Part shown: piece by piece, positions 24,994 to 34,713 of the stretch | Layout of the letters: every line of letters starts with the position of its first letter | How positions within the stretch are numbered: position 1 is the stretch's first letter | Origin: an uncultured Vampirovibrio sp. | GTDB lineage: Bacteria > Cyanobacteriota > Vampirovibrionia > Gastranaerophilales > Gastranaerophilaceae | Length of the DNA: 64,000 bases | Assembly (NCBI GenBank): GCA_910578465.1 | Contig: CAJTPW010000003.1 | Span: forward strand, 121,973 to 185,972 | Reading direction: 5' to 3' | Program-made: the position numbers and the translations under genes | Notes under the pieces: generated by a model | What the model saw: the letters and a program-made list of their open reading frames with translations, nothing else | Told to the model about the DNA's origin: nothing | The model's database searches: none

Positions 24994-27849
24994 TTACCCC
25001 TTTTCAATATAAGGTTTTAGGAATTTTGCCGTGTATGAGTTTTTGTCCTTAATTATCTGCTTCGGTGTGCCCTTTGCGATGACTTCTCCGCCGCCGATAC
25101 CGCCTTCGGGGCCAAGGTCTATAATGTAATCGGCGCATTTAATAATGTCTAAATTGTGCTCGATAATTAAAACTGTGTTGCCGCTGTCAGCGAGCTGGTG
25201 CAATATTTTTACAAGTTTATCCACATCAAACCAGTGAAGCCCCGTCGACGGTTCATCCATCAGATAAAGCGTTTTTCCTGTTGCGCGCTTGTTCAGTTCA
25301 AGCGCAAGCTTTACCCTTTGTGCTTCGCCGCCTGAAAGGGTTGTGGCGCTTTGCCCGAGCTTTATATATTCAAGGCCGACATCGTAAAGCGTTTGCAGCC
25401 TTGTTGCAATTCTCGGTACGTTTTTGAAGAATTCAAGCGCTTCTTCAACGGTCATCTCTAAAACATCCGATATGCTCTTGCCTTTGTATTTAACCTCTAA
25501 TGTTTCCTGATTATACCTTTTTCCTTTGCAGACATCGCATTTAACATAAACATCGGAAAGGAAATTCATCTCAATCTTTAAAACGCCGTCGCCCTTACAT
25601 TTTTCGCACCTTCCGCCCTTAACGTTAAAGGAGAACCTGCCCTGTTTATAGCCTCGAACCTTTGCTTCGTTTGTCTGTGCAAAGAGGTCTCTGATATGTG
25701 TAAAAACGTCCGTATACGTTGCAGGGTTTGACCTTGGGGTGCGCCCAATCGGGGATTGGTCCACAAGGACAATCTTATCGATGTTTTCAAAGCCTTTAAT
25801 TGTATCCACGCCTTTTGGTTTTGGGCGGTTGCCCCTTAATTTGTGCAGGGCAAATTCATAGATAATATCATTTACAAGGGTTGATTTTCCACTGCCTGAA
25901 ACACCCGTTACGGCGACAATTTTACCTAAAGGTATATTTACATCAATATTTTTCAAATTGTTTAATGAGGCGCCTTTAACCTCCAGAAAATTCCCGTTTC
26001 CAAGGCGTGTTTTTTTGGGTACGGGAATATTCAATTTTCCCTTTAAATATTGCCCCGTGATTGAATCTTCGGCGGCTTCAATGTCTTTAATGCAGCCTTG
26101 TGCGATAATATGTCCGCCGTGGACCCCTGCTTTCGGGCCAATGTCTACAATATGGTCAGCAGAGCGGATTGTGTCTTCATCGTGTTCCACCACAATAAGT
26201 GTGTTTCCGAGGTTTCGAAGCTTTGTCAAAGTCTTAATTAACATCTCGTTATCCCGCTGATGCAGGCCGATTGAGGGTTCGTCCAGAACGTATAAAACCC
26301 CCGAAAGCCCCGAACCGATTTGAGTTGCAAGACGAATTCTCTGCGCTTCGCCGCCTGAAAGTGTTCCTGCGCTTCTTGCAAGGGTTAAATAATTCAAACC
26401 CACGTCCAAAAGGAATTTTAAACGTGCGCGGATTTCATCTAAAATCTGTCTTGCAATAGCCATTTTGTAGTCATCAAGACTTAAGTATAAATCTTCAATA
26501 AATTCATAAGCCTTATCAATTGAAAGGCAGCAAAAATCATAGATATTTTTGTCGTTAATTTTGACGCTCAAAATAAACGGGTTTAACCTTGCGCCTTTGC
26601 AGGCATTGCAGGGAATTTCCGTCATATACTTTTGAATTTCGGCACGGATAATGTCGCTGTCTGATTGTTCATATTTTTTCATCATATATGGGATAACACC
26701 CATATACGGCTGATAATGCGTTCTCATATGCTTTGTTCCAAAATCGCAATAACGCATTTTTATTGTTTCCATATCATTCCCGTATAAAATTATGCCTTTT
26801 TGTGCGGGCGATAAGGATTTGAAAGGTCTTTCGGGGTCAATTCCGTAATGTTCGCAAACAGAAAGCAAAACATCCGTGTAATACTGATTAGAAGTCTTTG
26901 CCCAGGGGTAAATTGCTCCGCCTTTCAAACTTTTTTCAGGGTCAGGAACAACAAGCGCATCCGATACTTCATAATGTGCCCCAAGGCCGTTACAAACTTT
27001 GCAGGCGCCGTAAGGATTATTAAAGCTGAAAACGCGGGGGGTTATTTCTTCAAAATTCAGGTTGCATTTAGGACAGCTGAGTTTTTCGGAGAATATTTTT
27101 TCATAAGGCTCAATCCCTTTGTCTTTATTTCCGAGCACATCCAGTGCCATAAGTCCGTTTGCTCTCTGGAGCGCCGTCTGCACGCTGTCAAAAAGGCGAC
27201 TTCTTATTCCTTCTTTTATCACAATTCTGTCGATTACAACGTCAATATTGTGTTTTAGCGTTTTTGAAAGGTTGATTTCATCTTCATCCAGATTATAAAT
27301 TTCCCTGTCAATCTTAAGGCGGATGAAGCCTTCCTGCTTAAGCTCAGATATTACGTTTTGAAATTCTCCCTTTTTGCCGCGCACAATCGGGGCTATAATC
27401 TGGATTTTGGTGCCCTCGGGTAGCTCTAAAATTTTTGCAACGATTTCATCCACAGTCTGCGGGACAATCGGAGCGCCGCATTCGGGGCAATAAGGAGTGC
27501 CCGCGCGGGCATATAAAAGCCTTAGGTAATCATAAATTTCAGTGATTGTACCCACGGTTGAACGAGGGTTGTTTGTTGTTGATTTCTGGTCGATTGAAAT
27601 TGCAGGCGAAAGCCCGTCTATACTTTCCACATCGGGCTTATCCATCTGTCCCAGAAACTGCCTTGCGTAAGTTGAGAGGCTTTCAACATACCTTCTTTGC
27701 CCCTCTGCAAAGATTGTATCAAAGGCAAGAGAGCTCTTTCCGCTTCCTGAAACGCCCGTAAAGACGATAAGCTCGTTTTTCGGGAGTTCTAAAGATACGT
27801 TTTTTAAATTATGCTCTTTTGCGTTTCTGATTACTATTTTTTCGTTCAT
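24994..27849 (-). CDS. uvrA: excinuclease ABC subunit A
   Basis: Two ABC modules (GVSGSGKSSL, GVSGSGKSTL; LSGGEAQR twice) and zinc-finger CxxC pairs. 951 aa. Confidence 0.97.
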   Translation of the reverse strand: MNEKIVIRNAKEHNLKNVSLELPKNELIVFTGVSGSGKSSLAFDTIFAEGQRRYVESLSTYARQFLGQMDKPDVESIDGLSPAISIDQKSTTNNPRSTVGTITEIYDYLRLLYARAGTPYCPECGAPIVPQTVDEIVAKILELPEGTKIQIIAPIVRGKKGEFQNVISELKQEGFIRLKIDREIYNLDEDEINLSKTLKHNIDVVIDRIVIKEGIRSRLFDSVQTALQRANGLMALDVLGNKDKGIEPYEKIFSEKLSCPKCNLNFEEITPRVFSFNNPYGACKVCNGLGAHYEVSDALVVPDPEKSLKGGAIYPWAKTSNQYYTDVLLSVCEHYGIDPERPFKSLSPAQKGIILYGNDMETIKMRYCDFGTKHMRTHYQPYMGVIPYMMKKYEQSDSDIIRAEIQKYMTEIPCNACKGARLNPFILSVKINDKNIYDFCCLSIDKAYEFIEDLYLSLDDYKMAIARQILDEIRARLKFLLDVGLNYLTLARSAGTLSGGEAQRIRLATQIGSGLSGVLYVLDEPSIGLHQRDNEMLIKTLTKLRNLGNTLIVVEHDEDTIRSADHIVDIGPKAGVHGGHIIAQGCIKDIEAAEDSITGQYLKGKLNIPVPKKTRLGNGNFLEVKGASLNNLKNIDVNIPLGKIVAVTGVSGSGKSTLVNDIIYEFALHKLRGNRPKPKGVDTIKGFENIDKIVLVDQSPIGRTPRSNPATYTDVFTHIRDLFAQTNEAKVRGYKQGRFSFNVKGGRCEKCKGDGVLKIEMNFLSDVYVKCDVCKGKRYNQETLEVKYKGKSISDVLEMTVEEALEFFKNVPRIATRLQTLYDVGLEYIKLGQSATTLSGGEAQRVKLALELNKRATGKTLYLMDEPSTGLHWFDVDKLVKILHQLADSGNTVLIIEHNLDIIKCADYIIDLGPEGGIGGGEVIAKGTPKQIIKDKNSYTAKFLKPYIEKG

Positions 27850-27945
27850 ATTGCTGCTTTAAACCACTCGAATTCTAAACTTTATTTACCCTAAACATTA
27901 TCCTACAAAAAATTTTATTGACAAAAATAACGACATATTGCGATT

Positions 27946-27974
27946 TTGTCATTACCTGTTTATTATTCTATAAT
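27946..27974 (+). promoter_or_regulatory. near-consensus sigma-70 promoter
   Basis: TTGTCA (27946-27951) - 17 nt - TATAAT (27969-27974). Confidence 0.6.
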
Positions 27975-28059
27975 GAAACTTAAAGGGTAAGCTGACCTGT
28001 TTAACCCTCCTCCTGCACAGACTTGTTATGTAGAAAATACAGGTAAAGGAGGTGATGGA

Positions 28060-28137
28060 ATGAATTTCAGTGTAACTGAAAAAGCGCTAAGACTTATCTT
28101 TTGGATAATCATAGCGCTTATCATTCTTGCTAAATAG
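28060..28137 (+). CDS. 25-aa hydrophobic peptide (candidate type I toxin or small membrane protein), absent from the ORF track
   Basis: MNFSVTEKALRLIFWIIIALIILAK. GGAGG (28048-28052) lies 7 nt upstream of the ATG. It has its own promoter and terminator, and a CCUCCUCCU tract at 28006-28014 is complementary to the SD. Confidence 0.5.
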   Translation: MNFSVTEKALRLIFWIIIALIILAK

Positions 28138-28150
28138 GGAAGTTATGAAA

Positions 28151-28184
28151 GATCTCGAGAACTGCAATCTTCTTGAGATCTTTT
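28151..28184 (+). terminator. intrinsic terminator of the small-peptide transcript
   Basis: GATCTCGAGAA - 8 nt - TTCTTGAGATC followed by TTTT. The G57-T74 wobble pair is valid only in the plus-strand RNA. Confidence 0.65.
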
Positions 28185-28196
28185 CCCTATATCATA

Positions 28197-28224
28197 ATTA
28201 TAACCTATTTACTTTATAATTCAA
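28197..28224 (-). promoter_or_regulatory. near-consensus convergent promoter (candidate antisense RNA promoter)
   Basis: Minus strand TTGAAT (28224-28219) - 16 nt - TATAAT (28202-28197), firing toward the 3' end of the small ORF. Confidence 0.45.
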
Positions 28225-28498
28225 TATACTAAAAGAAAAAGGTACATCTCAGGCGCGAGGCCCTCAACATACCCTTTTAGGATAAAATCTATATCATAAT
28301 GGAGGAAGGAGTGGAAAAGAGAAGAACTAACCAATTATTAAATTCCACACTCAAATGATATATAACGTATATACTTTTGATATTAACAAAATGTTACAAG
28401 AAAATTATCCGAAAATTTAAAACAAAAGGATGACAAAAATAATTATTCAGCAGGTTTTAATATACTACACGCATATCTTAAAGAGGAAAATACAACAA

Positions 28499-28993
28499 AT
28501 GAAAATCAATCCGATCAGTTTTAATAACACTTATAAAGCACAAAATTTTAAAGGAATAATCTCCCGTGTGTCCGACGAAAAAGTTGTTGATGAAATGACG
28601 GGCGGAAATAAAGAAATTTTGGATAAATTAACCGATACAAAAGGCATAGATATTTATATATTCGACTGGGCATACAATGAAAAGGACGAGAAAGTCCCTG
28701 CATATGCCTGGATTTTGCACGAAAAGGACAATCCGAACAAAAACAGCGGGCTTGTCGGTGTCAGGCGCGAACAAACACCCGAAGGCATGAAAGATGCGAA
28801 AGAAAGACTTGAAAAGGCTATAGTTTGGGCAAATGCGCCTGCTAATATGTTTGCAAACGCAGCAATAGGCGAGCTTGGCAAAGATGAAGCGCAAAAAGCT
28901 TATGTGAAACATTTACAGGAAGATATGTCAAGAGCCTACTTTGCAAACGAGGCAAAGGTTTGGAAGCAGCAGCTCGATATTATTGTAAGCTAA
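28499..28993 (+). CDS. hypothetical protein (N-terminus MKINPISF...NFKG)
   Basis: Start set at the ATG at 28499, preceded by AAGAGGAAAA. About 164 aa. No recognised family. Confidence 0.45.
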   Translation: MKINPISFNNTYKAQNFKGIISRVSDEKVVDEMTGGNKEILDKLTDTKGIDIYIFDWAYNEKDEKVPAYAWILHEKDNPNKNSGLVGVRREQTPEGMKDAKERLEKAIVWANAPANMFANAAIGELGKDEAQKAYVKHLQEDMSRAYFANEAKVWKQQLDIIVS

Positions 28994-29062
28994 GGCTTAT
29001 GCAGGTTTTATGATAACGGAAATGCTTGCAAAAATGCCTGAAAAGAATGCTTTTTGGCGGTT

Positions 29063-29941
29063 TTAGCCGTCCAGAAGTCTTTCAAGTGCGGCTATTTTCA
29101 TTTTGTCCGTGTCAGGTTCAATTCCTGTCCAGATTTCAAAGGCTCTTGCGCCCTGATGTACAAGCATATCAAGACCGCCAATCGTGCGTCTTTCTGCTTT
29201 TATGGCCTGTTTTATAAGCTCCGTCTTTGTCGGGTTATAGACAATATCATATATAATGCCGTCTTTTGGCATTGTTTGGATTAATTCTACGGTAAAAGGC
29301 GAAATTCCTGCATGAAACCCTCTCATACCAAGAGGAGTTGTGTTTGTAACGATTGAAAATTCATCCAGACTTTGCAAAAACTCATTTTGAACAAGGTTTA
29401 TCTTCATATCGGGAAATTTGCTTCTGAAAGTTTCGGCTGTTTGATGGGAATCTATAATATTTCTTGTAAAGAGTGTAATTTCAGATACCCCTAGGCTTTT
29501 GAGCCCGACGATTACAGCTCTTGCTGCTCCGCCCGTGCCTAAAATTGCTGCTTTTTTACCCTTTAAATCCACATTTTCGGGAAATGCTTTTACATAGCCG
29601 TAAACATCCGTATTAAAGCCTTCAAGAGTTTTATCCTCTAATATTTTTATCGTGTTAACGCTTCCTGCAAGGTTTGCATACTCGTCCACCTTTGATAAAA
29701 ACAGTGAAACAGGCACTTTGTGAGGAATTGTTACGTTAAAACCGTTAAAATTATCTCTTTTTAGCATTTTAATTCTGTCAACAAGATCTTCCGCTTTGGT
29801 TTCAAGCGTTTGATATTCCCCATTTAACCCTAAAGATTTAAGAGCAGCCTCGTGCATAACGGAGCTCAAGGAATGACCCAAAGGAAAGCCTATAATTCCG
29901 AATTTATAATAGTTTTCGTTTGTATTGTCCGCTTTATTCAT
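29063..29941 (-). CDS. aroE: shikimate dehydrogenase
   Basis: GIIGFPLGHSLSSVMHEAA N-terminal motif and the GTGGAARAV NADP-binding loop. Confidence 0.9.
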   Translation of the reverse strand: MNKADNTNENYYKFGIIGFPLGHSLSSVMHEAALKSLGLNGEYQTLETKAEDLVDRIKMLKRDNFNGFNVTIPHKVPVSLFLSKVDEYANLAGSVNTIKILEDKTLEGFNTDVYGYVKAFPENVDLKGKKAAILGTGGAARAVIVGLKSLGVSEITLFTRNIIDSHQTAETFRSKFPDMKINLVQNEFLQSLDEFSIVTNTTPLGMRGFHAGISPFTVELIQTMPKDGIIYDIVYNPTKTELIKQAIKAERRTIGGLDMLVHQGARAFEIWTGIEPDTDKMKIAALERLLDG

Positions 29942-29990
29942 TTCAGGTCTTTTTCTCCACTTTTACTTTCTGTTCCACCGCTTTATCTTT

Positions 29991-32309
29991 TTATTCGCCA
30001 TCTTCAGGCATGGGTTTTGAAAATTTACAGGTTTTGTTTGAACAGCCTATTTTATTTCCGCTCTTTAAAAATTTCTTCACAAGAAGGGAGCCGCAATCGG
30101 GGCATTTTTCGCCCGTTGGTTCATTCCAGACCGCAAAATCGCAATCAGGATATTTTGAACAGCCGTAGAATGTTTTGCCATATCTTGATCTTCTTTGAAT
30201 AAGCTCTCCGTCACGTCCTTCATCCGTGCACTTCGGGCATTTTACGCCTGATGATATCACAATTGATTTTCTTGCTTTGCATTTATCATCAAGGCACTGG
30301 TAATATTTACCGTATGGCCCTGTTTTTATAACAGTTTCCCCGCCGCATTTTTCACATTTTACATCCGTCTTTTCATCCTGTGCGGGCGCTTTTGCTTCTC
30401 CGCCATCCAGTGGCATCATGGTCTTGCATTCCGGGTATCCCGAACATCCTAAAAATTGTTTTCCAAAACGACTTGTCTTAACAACCATTTTCTTTCCGCA
30501 ATTCGGGCAAACAACATCGGATTCTATAATTACCCTTTCCATATTATTTTTGGCGTTTTCCACCGTCTTTGAAAAAGGCGCCCAGAAATCCTTTAAAACA
30601 TTAACGGAATTCGCCTTATCTTCTGCAATATCATCAAGTTTCAACTCCATTGAAGCTGTAAACTGGTAATCCATAATGTTTTCAAAATGTTTTACAAGCT
30701 GATCGGAAATAGTGCGCCCTAAAATCGTCGGTTTTAAAGCTTTATCCAGTTTTTCAACGTAGCCTCGCTGCTGAATTTTTGTAATAATCGGGGCGTATGT
30801 TGAAGGACGTCCGATACCGTATTCTTCAAGCTGTTTTACAAGGGAAGCTTCGGAGAACCTTGGCGGTGGCTGTGTGAAGTGTTGTTTCGGATCAAGCTTA
30901 ATAAAATCAAGCACATCCCCTTCTTTTAAATCCGGGAATTTTTTCTGTTCTTCCGCCTCATCGTCCGTATAAACCTTTAAAAAGCCGTCAAATTCAACCT
31001 TTGAAGAGCCTATTTTAAAGATGTAATCATCCGCTTCAATATCAACCGTATGGTTTTTAATTTTGGCATTTTCCATTTGAGATGCCATAAACCTTGACCA
31101 GATAAGCTTATAGAGCTTATATTGTTCTGATGATAAATATTTTTTAATGCTCTCGGGTGTTCTTTCAACGTAAGAAGGCCTTATGGCTTCGTGTGCGTCC
31201 TGAACATTTTTCTTTTTGCTTTTATTATAGTCATTCGGCTCTTTCGGGTAATATTTGTCGCCAAAATTATAAGTAATATACTCTTTTGCAGCGTCTCTGG
31301 CGTCGTCCGATATCCTGACAGAGTCCGTTCTCATATAGGTTATAAGCCCGATAGCCCCTTCTTCGCCAAGCTCTATACCTTCATAGAGTTTTTGTGCTAT
31401 CTGCATTGTTTTTGAAACGCCGTAACCGAGCTTTGAACTTGCTTCCCTCTGCAGTGTGGATGTGATAAAGGGAGCCTGCGGTTTTCTTTGAGAGTCTCTT
31501 GTTGTAATCTTTGAAACTTTATATTTTGCCTTTTCAAGGTCAGCAAGAATTTTATCAACCTCTTCTTTATTTTTGATGTTGATTTTTTCATCTTTTGCAC
31601 CCGATTTTTTTCTGGAAAGCTCTGCAAGGAATTGGAACCCGTCTTTTGCAAGGAGTGCGTCTATACTCCAGTATTCAACAGGAACAAAAGCCTCAATTTC
31701 AGCTTCTCTCTCGCAAATCATACGAAGTGCAACGGACTGCACACGCCCTGCTGAAAGCCTGTAATTTCTGAGCTTTTCCCAGAGAATAGGGCTTATTTTA
31801 AAACCCACAAGGCGGTCTAAAATTTGCCTTGTCTGTTGTGCCTTTACTTTCAGCATATCAATGTCTCTGTAGTTTGCAACAGCGTCCTTGATTGCCTTCG
31901 GGGTGATTTCGTTAAAAACTATTCTGTAAATTTTATCCTCAGGAACCTTTAAAACTTCCCTCACATGCCATGCTATGGCTTCTCCCTCGCGGTCAGGGTC
32001 GGATGCGAGATAAATTCGGCTTGCATTTTTAGCCATTTTGTTTAAAGTGTCCACAACCTTTTGTTTTTCGGGAATTACGGCAAAAGTCGGCTTGAAATCA
32101 TCTTCGATATCAAACCCGAGACCTTTTGGAGGCAGGTCTCTTATGTGGCCGAAACTTGCTTCAATTACATAATCGTTTCCGAGAATTTTTTTAATAGTCT
32201 TTGATTTAGCGGGAGACTCTACTATAACTAAAGCCTTTCCTTTGGCTTCAGCCGTTGCTCCTGCCGCTTTCTTTGTTGTCGTTTTTTTGGTTGTAGTCTT
32301 TGCTGCCAT
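29991..32309 (-). CDS. topA: DNA topoisomerase I
   Basis: TOPRIM (LVIVESPAKSKTI, DPDREGEAIAWH), an active-site region, and multiple C-terminal CxxC zinc ribbons. Confidence 0.95.
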   Translation of the reverse strand: MAAKTTTKKTTTKKAAGATAEAKGKALVIVESPAKSKTIKKILGNDYVIEASFGHIRDLPPKGLGFDIEDDFKPTFAVIPEKQKVVDTLNKMAKNASRIYLASDPDREGEAIAWHVREVLKVPEDKIYRIVFNEITPKAIKDAVANYRDIDMLKVKAQQTRQILDRLVGFKISPILWEKLRNYRLSAGRVQSVALRMICEREAEIEAFVPVEYWSIDALLAKDGFQFLAELSRKKSGAKDEKINIKNKEEVDKILADLEKAKYKVSKITTRDSQRKPQAPFITSTLQREASSKLGYGVSKTMQIAQKLYEGIELGEEGAIGLITYMRTDSVRISDDARDAAKEYITYNFGDKYYPKEPNDYNKSKKKNVQDAHEAIRPSYVERTPESIKKYLSSEQYKLYKLIWSRFMASQMENAKIKNHTVDIEADDYIFKIGSSKVEFDGFLKVYTDDEAEEQKKFPDLKEGDVLDFIKLDPKQHFTQPPPRFSEASLVKQLEEYGIGRPSTYAPIITKIQQRGYVEKLDKALKPTILGRTISDQLVKHFENIMDYQFTASMELKLDDIAEDKANSVNVLKDFWAPFSKTVENAKNNMERVIIESDVVCPNCGKKMVVKTSRFGKQFLGCSGYPECKTMMPLDGGEAKAPAQDEKTDVKCEKCGGETVIKTGPYGKYYQCLDDKCKARKSIVISSGVKCPKCTDEGRDGELIQRRSRYGKTFYGCSKYPDCDFAVWNEPTGEKCPDCGSLLVKKFLKSGNKIGCSNKTCKFSKPMPEDGE

Positions 32310-32411
32310 TTTTTCTTTATAAATTCCTAAAAATTTTCCCTGTGATAAATTTATCTTTGCCGCTGTGTCCTTATGTGCCTAAAAAAGCCTGTTTAAAAGG
32401 TTTTAATTCTT

Positions 32412-33506
32412 TTAGCCTCTTATAAAATAACTCCCTGCGGCTTGTTTTATTAAACCCTTAAGTTCCATTGATGTCAAGCTGACCATCAAATCATTAATAT
32501 TAATGTTCAAAATGAGGGATAATTCCTCAAGGCTTCTTGATTCTGTTGCAATTGCCTCGTATATTTGCTTTTCTTCTTCCGATAGCGCGGCTTTTTCGTT
32601 ATTTTCAATTTGAATATCCCACCCCAAAGTATCCAGAATATCCAAAGCGGTTGTCACCATTGAGGCCCCGTTTCTTAGCAGATGATAAACCCCTTCCGTG
32701 TTCGGGTTTGAAATCAGCCCCGGTATACACATAAGCTCTCTTCCCTGTTCGAGTGCCAATTTTCCGCTTATCATGGCTCCGCTTTTCATTCTTGCTTCGC
32801 CGACAACCGTTCCGTATGAAAGCCCTGTAACAATTCTGTTTCTTTGCGGGAACTGGTGCGGCATGGGAGGCATTTCATAGGGGTATTCGCTAAAAACCAG
32901 CCCGCCGCCCGCTTCAATTTCCTCATACAGTTTTTTGTTTGTTGAGGGGTATTGAAATTTAAACCCCGAACCTATGACTCCTATTGTCTTTAAGCTGTTT
33001 TGAAGCGCGCTCAGGTGTGCCTTTGCGTCAATTCCTTCCGCAAGGCCTGAAACTATTGTAATGTCTGTTCCCTTGAAATCGGAAATTATTTTTCCGAGTA
33101 TTTCTCTTGCGCCCGTAGAAGCTTTTCTTGAGCCCACAAATGCCACGGTTTTATTAAAATTTATACCTTCAAAATCCCCTTTATAATAAAGCATAAGGGG
33201 AAAATCGGGGATATTTTTTAACATTTCAGGGTATTTTAAATCATCATATGTAATATATTTTATTCCCCTTGCAAGCGGTTCTTTTTGAATACCTTTTGAA
33301 AGTTCCATAAATTTTTCATAAAAATCATCAGGGTTAATTGAGTCTCTTTCTTTGAAAAAGTCTCTCGGGCAAGATATCCCGCCCCAATATTCATTTGCAA
33401 GCTTCATATCTTCCTTGCCGCATTCAAAGGTTTTTTTAATATCAAAGTTAAAATATTCAAAAAGCCTTGCTTTAAAAAGCGGGTTTGCAACCGCAATGCT
33501 GCTCAT
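32412..33506 (-). CDS. dprA: DNA-processing protein DprA
   Basis: VSGLAEGIDAKAH and FPQRNRIV motifs. Start set at the ATG at 33506, which overlaps the upstream TPR gene's stop (ATGA). Confidence 0.85.
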   Translation of the reverse strand: MSSIAVANPLFKARLFEYFNFDIKKTFECGKEDMKLANEYWGGISCPRDFFKERDSINPDDFYEKFMELSKGIQKEPLARGIKYITYDDLKYPEMLKNIPDFPLMLYYKGDFEGINFNKTVAFVGSRKASTGAREILGKIISDFKGTDITIVSGLAEGIDAKAHLSALQNSLKTIGVIGSGFKFQYPSTNKKLYEEIEAGGGLVFSEYPYEMPPMPHQFPQRNRIVTGLSYGTVVGEARMKSGAMISGKLALEQGRELMCIPGLISNPNTEGVYHLLRNGASMVTTALDILDTLGWDIQIENNEKAALSEEEKQIYEAIATESRSLEELSLILNININDLMVSLTSMELKGLIKQAAGSYFIRG

Positions 33507-34495
33507 TGCAAGGAAATATTTGTCTGTATCTCTTCTTTTGCTTCCTCTTGAGCCTGTTGTGTTTCTTCTGTTATTGGGCATTCTTTTAATTCCTTCATTA
33601 TGGCATATTTATTGAAACTCAGGCTCGTATCATTTTTCAGCGCAAGATTTAAACAATTTCTATAGCCTTTTAAGTCCCCTTTTAATTCCTGTATTTTAGC
33701 ATAAAGAAAATAATAATCACCGTTTTCCGATAGATTTTCTTTCATCTCGTTTAAAACTTCAATCGCAGTTTGCATATCATCAATTTTTATATACAGCTGG
33801 GTTAAAAGCTTATAGGCTTCTTTATCTTTCGGGTTTTTTTCAATGGTCAAATTCAGCATTATTATTGCATTTTCAATATCACCCTTTTCATAGAAAATCT
33901 GTCCTAAATTAAAATATGCCCAGGAATAATCGGATGATAATTGTATTACTTTTTTATATTCATCAACCGCCTTATCGGTTTCATCCAGCTTTCTGTACAT
34001 ATTTGCAAGGTGAAAATGTGCAAAATAATCGCCAAAATTATATTCTATTGCCTTCTTAAAACATTTTGCAGCGTTTTCATAATCTCCTTTTTTGGACAAA
34101 AGACAGCCTATGCAAAAAAATGAGTTCGAATCCTCAGCTTCAAGGCAAATCACCCTTTTAAACTGCATTAGAGCTTCATCGTCATTTCCAAGGTTTTCAT
34201 AGGCAAGAGCAAGATTGTATATAAAGTCAGGCTCGTCTTCTTTTAGCTCCACTGCCTTTTTGTAAGATTCAAGCGCAAATTTAAAATGCTTCATTTTTTC
34301 CCAGCAAATTCCTATGTTGAAATATAAATTTGCGTCTTCGGGGAAGGTGTTTACAAGGTAGTTCAAGTGTTTGAGCGCCATAGAATCAAAGCCCATATCA
34401 AGGCACATCACGGCGAGCTCTCGCCTTGCCTGAAAATTTGTCGGGTCGTTTTCAATTGTTTTTTTTAAGCTTTCAAATCTTTGTACATCGTTCAT
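33503..34495 (-). CDS. TPR-repeat protein, translationally coupled to dprA
   Basis: Eight or more 34-aa TPR-like units (ANLYFNIGICWEKMKHFKFALESYKKAVEL...). Confidence 0.75.
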   Translation of the reverse strand: MNDVQRFESLKKTIENDPTNFQARRELAVMCLDMGFDSMALKHLNYLVNTFPEDANLYFNIGICWEKMKHFKFALESYKKAVELKEDEPDFIYNLALAYENLGNDDEALMQFKRVICLEAEDSNSFFCIGCLLSKKGDYENAAKCFKKAIEYNFGDYFAHFHLANMYRKLDETDKAVDEYKKVIQLSSDYSWAYFNLGQIFYEKGDIENAIIMLNLTIEKNPKDKEAYKLLTQLYIKIDDMQTAIEVLNEMKENLSENGDYYFLYAKIQELKGDLKGYRNCLNLALKNDTSLSFNKYAIMKELKECPITEETQQAQEEAKEEIQTNISLQ

Positions 34496-34713
34496 AGATT
34501 TTATGTCTTTCTTGCAGTTTTATTTTATGAGTTTTTCTTATGAGTTTTTCGCTTCAAATCCTGCATTCTCAAAGACAGGGCGGTCTATTGCACATTAATA
34601 CGGCAATTGATAATTTAAAGCGGAGTGCTTCGCGACAGTCTTCTTAAATACAGGATTCTGCGTTCAAAACTTATAATCTTGGAATGAAAAACTCTTTGTA
34701 ATATGCTTAAAAT

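Noticed and set aside
28188-28310. 12-nt direct repeat CTATATCATAAT at 28187-28198 and 28297-28308, considered as att-like or target-site duplication.
   Set aside because: A single 12-mer pair in AT-rich intergenic DNA is within chance expectation. Nothing mobile lies between the copies. It may simply reflect -10-like sequences.
28306-28362. Second small ORF after a GGAGGAAGGAG tract (GTG start, about 15 aa, EKRRTNQLLNSTLK).
   Set aside because: It is hydrophilic and very short, has a non-ATG start and no associated terminator. The purine tract alone is insufficient.
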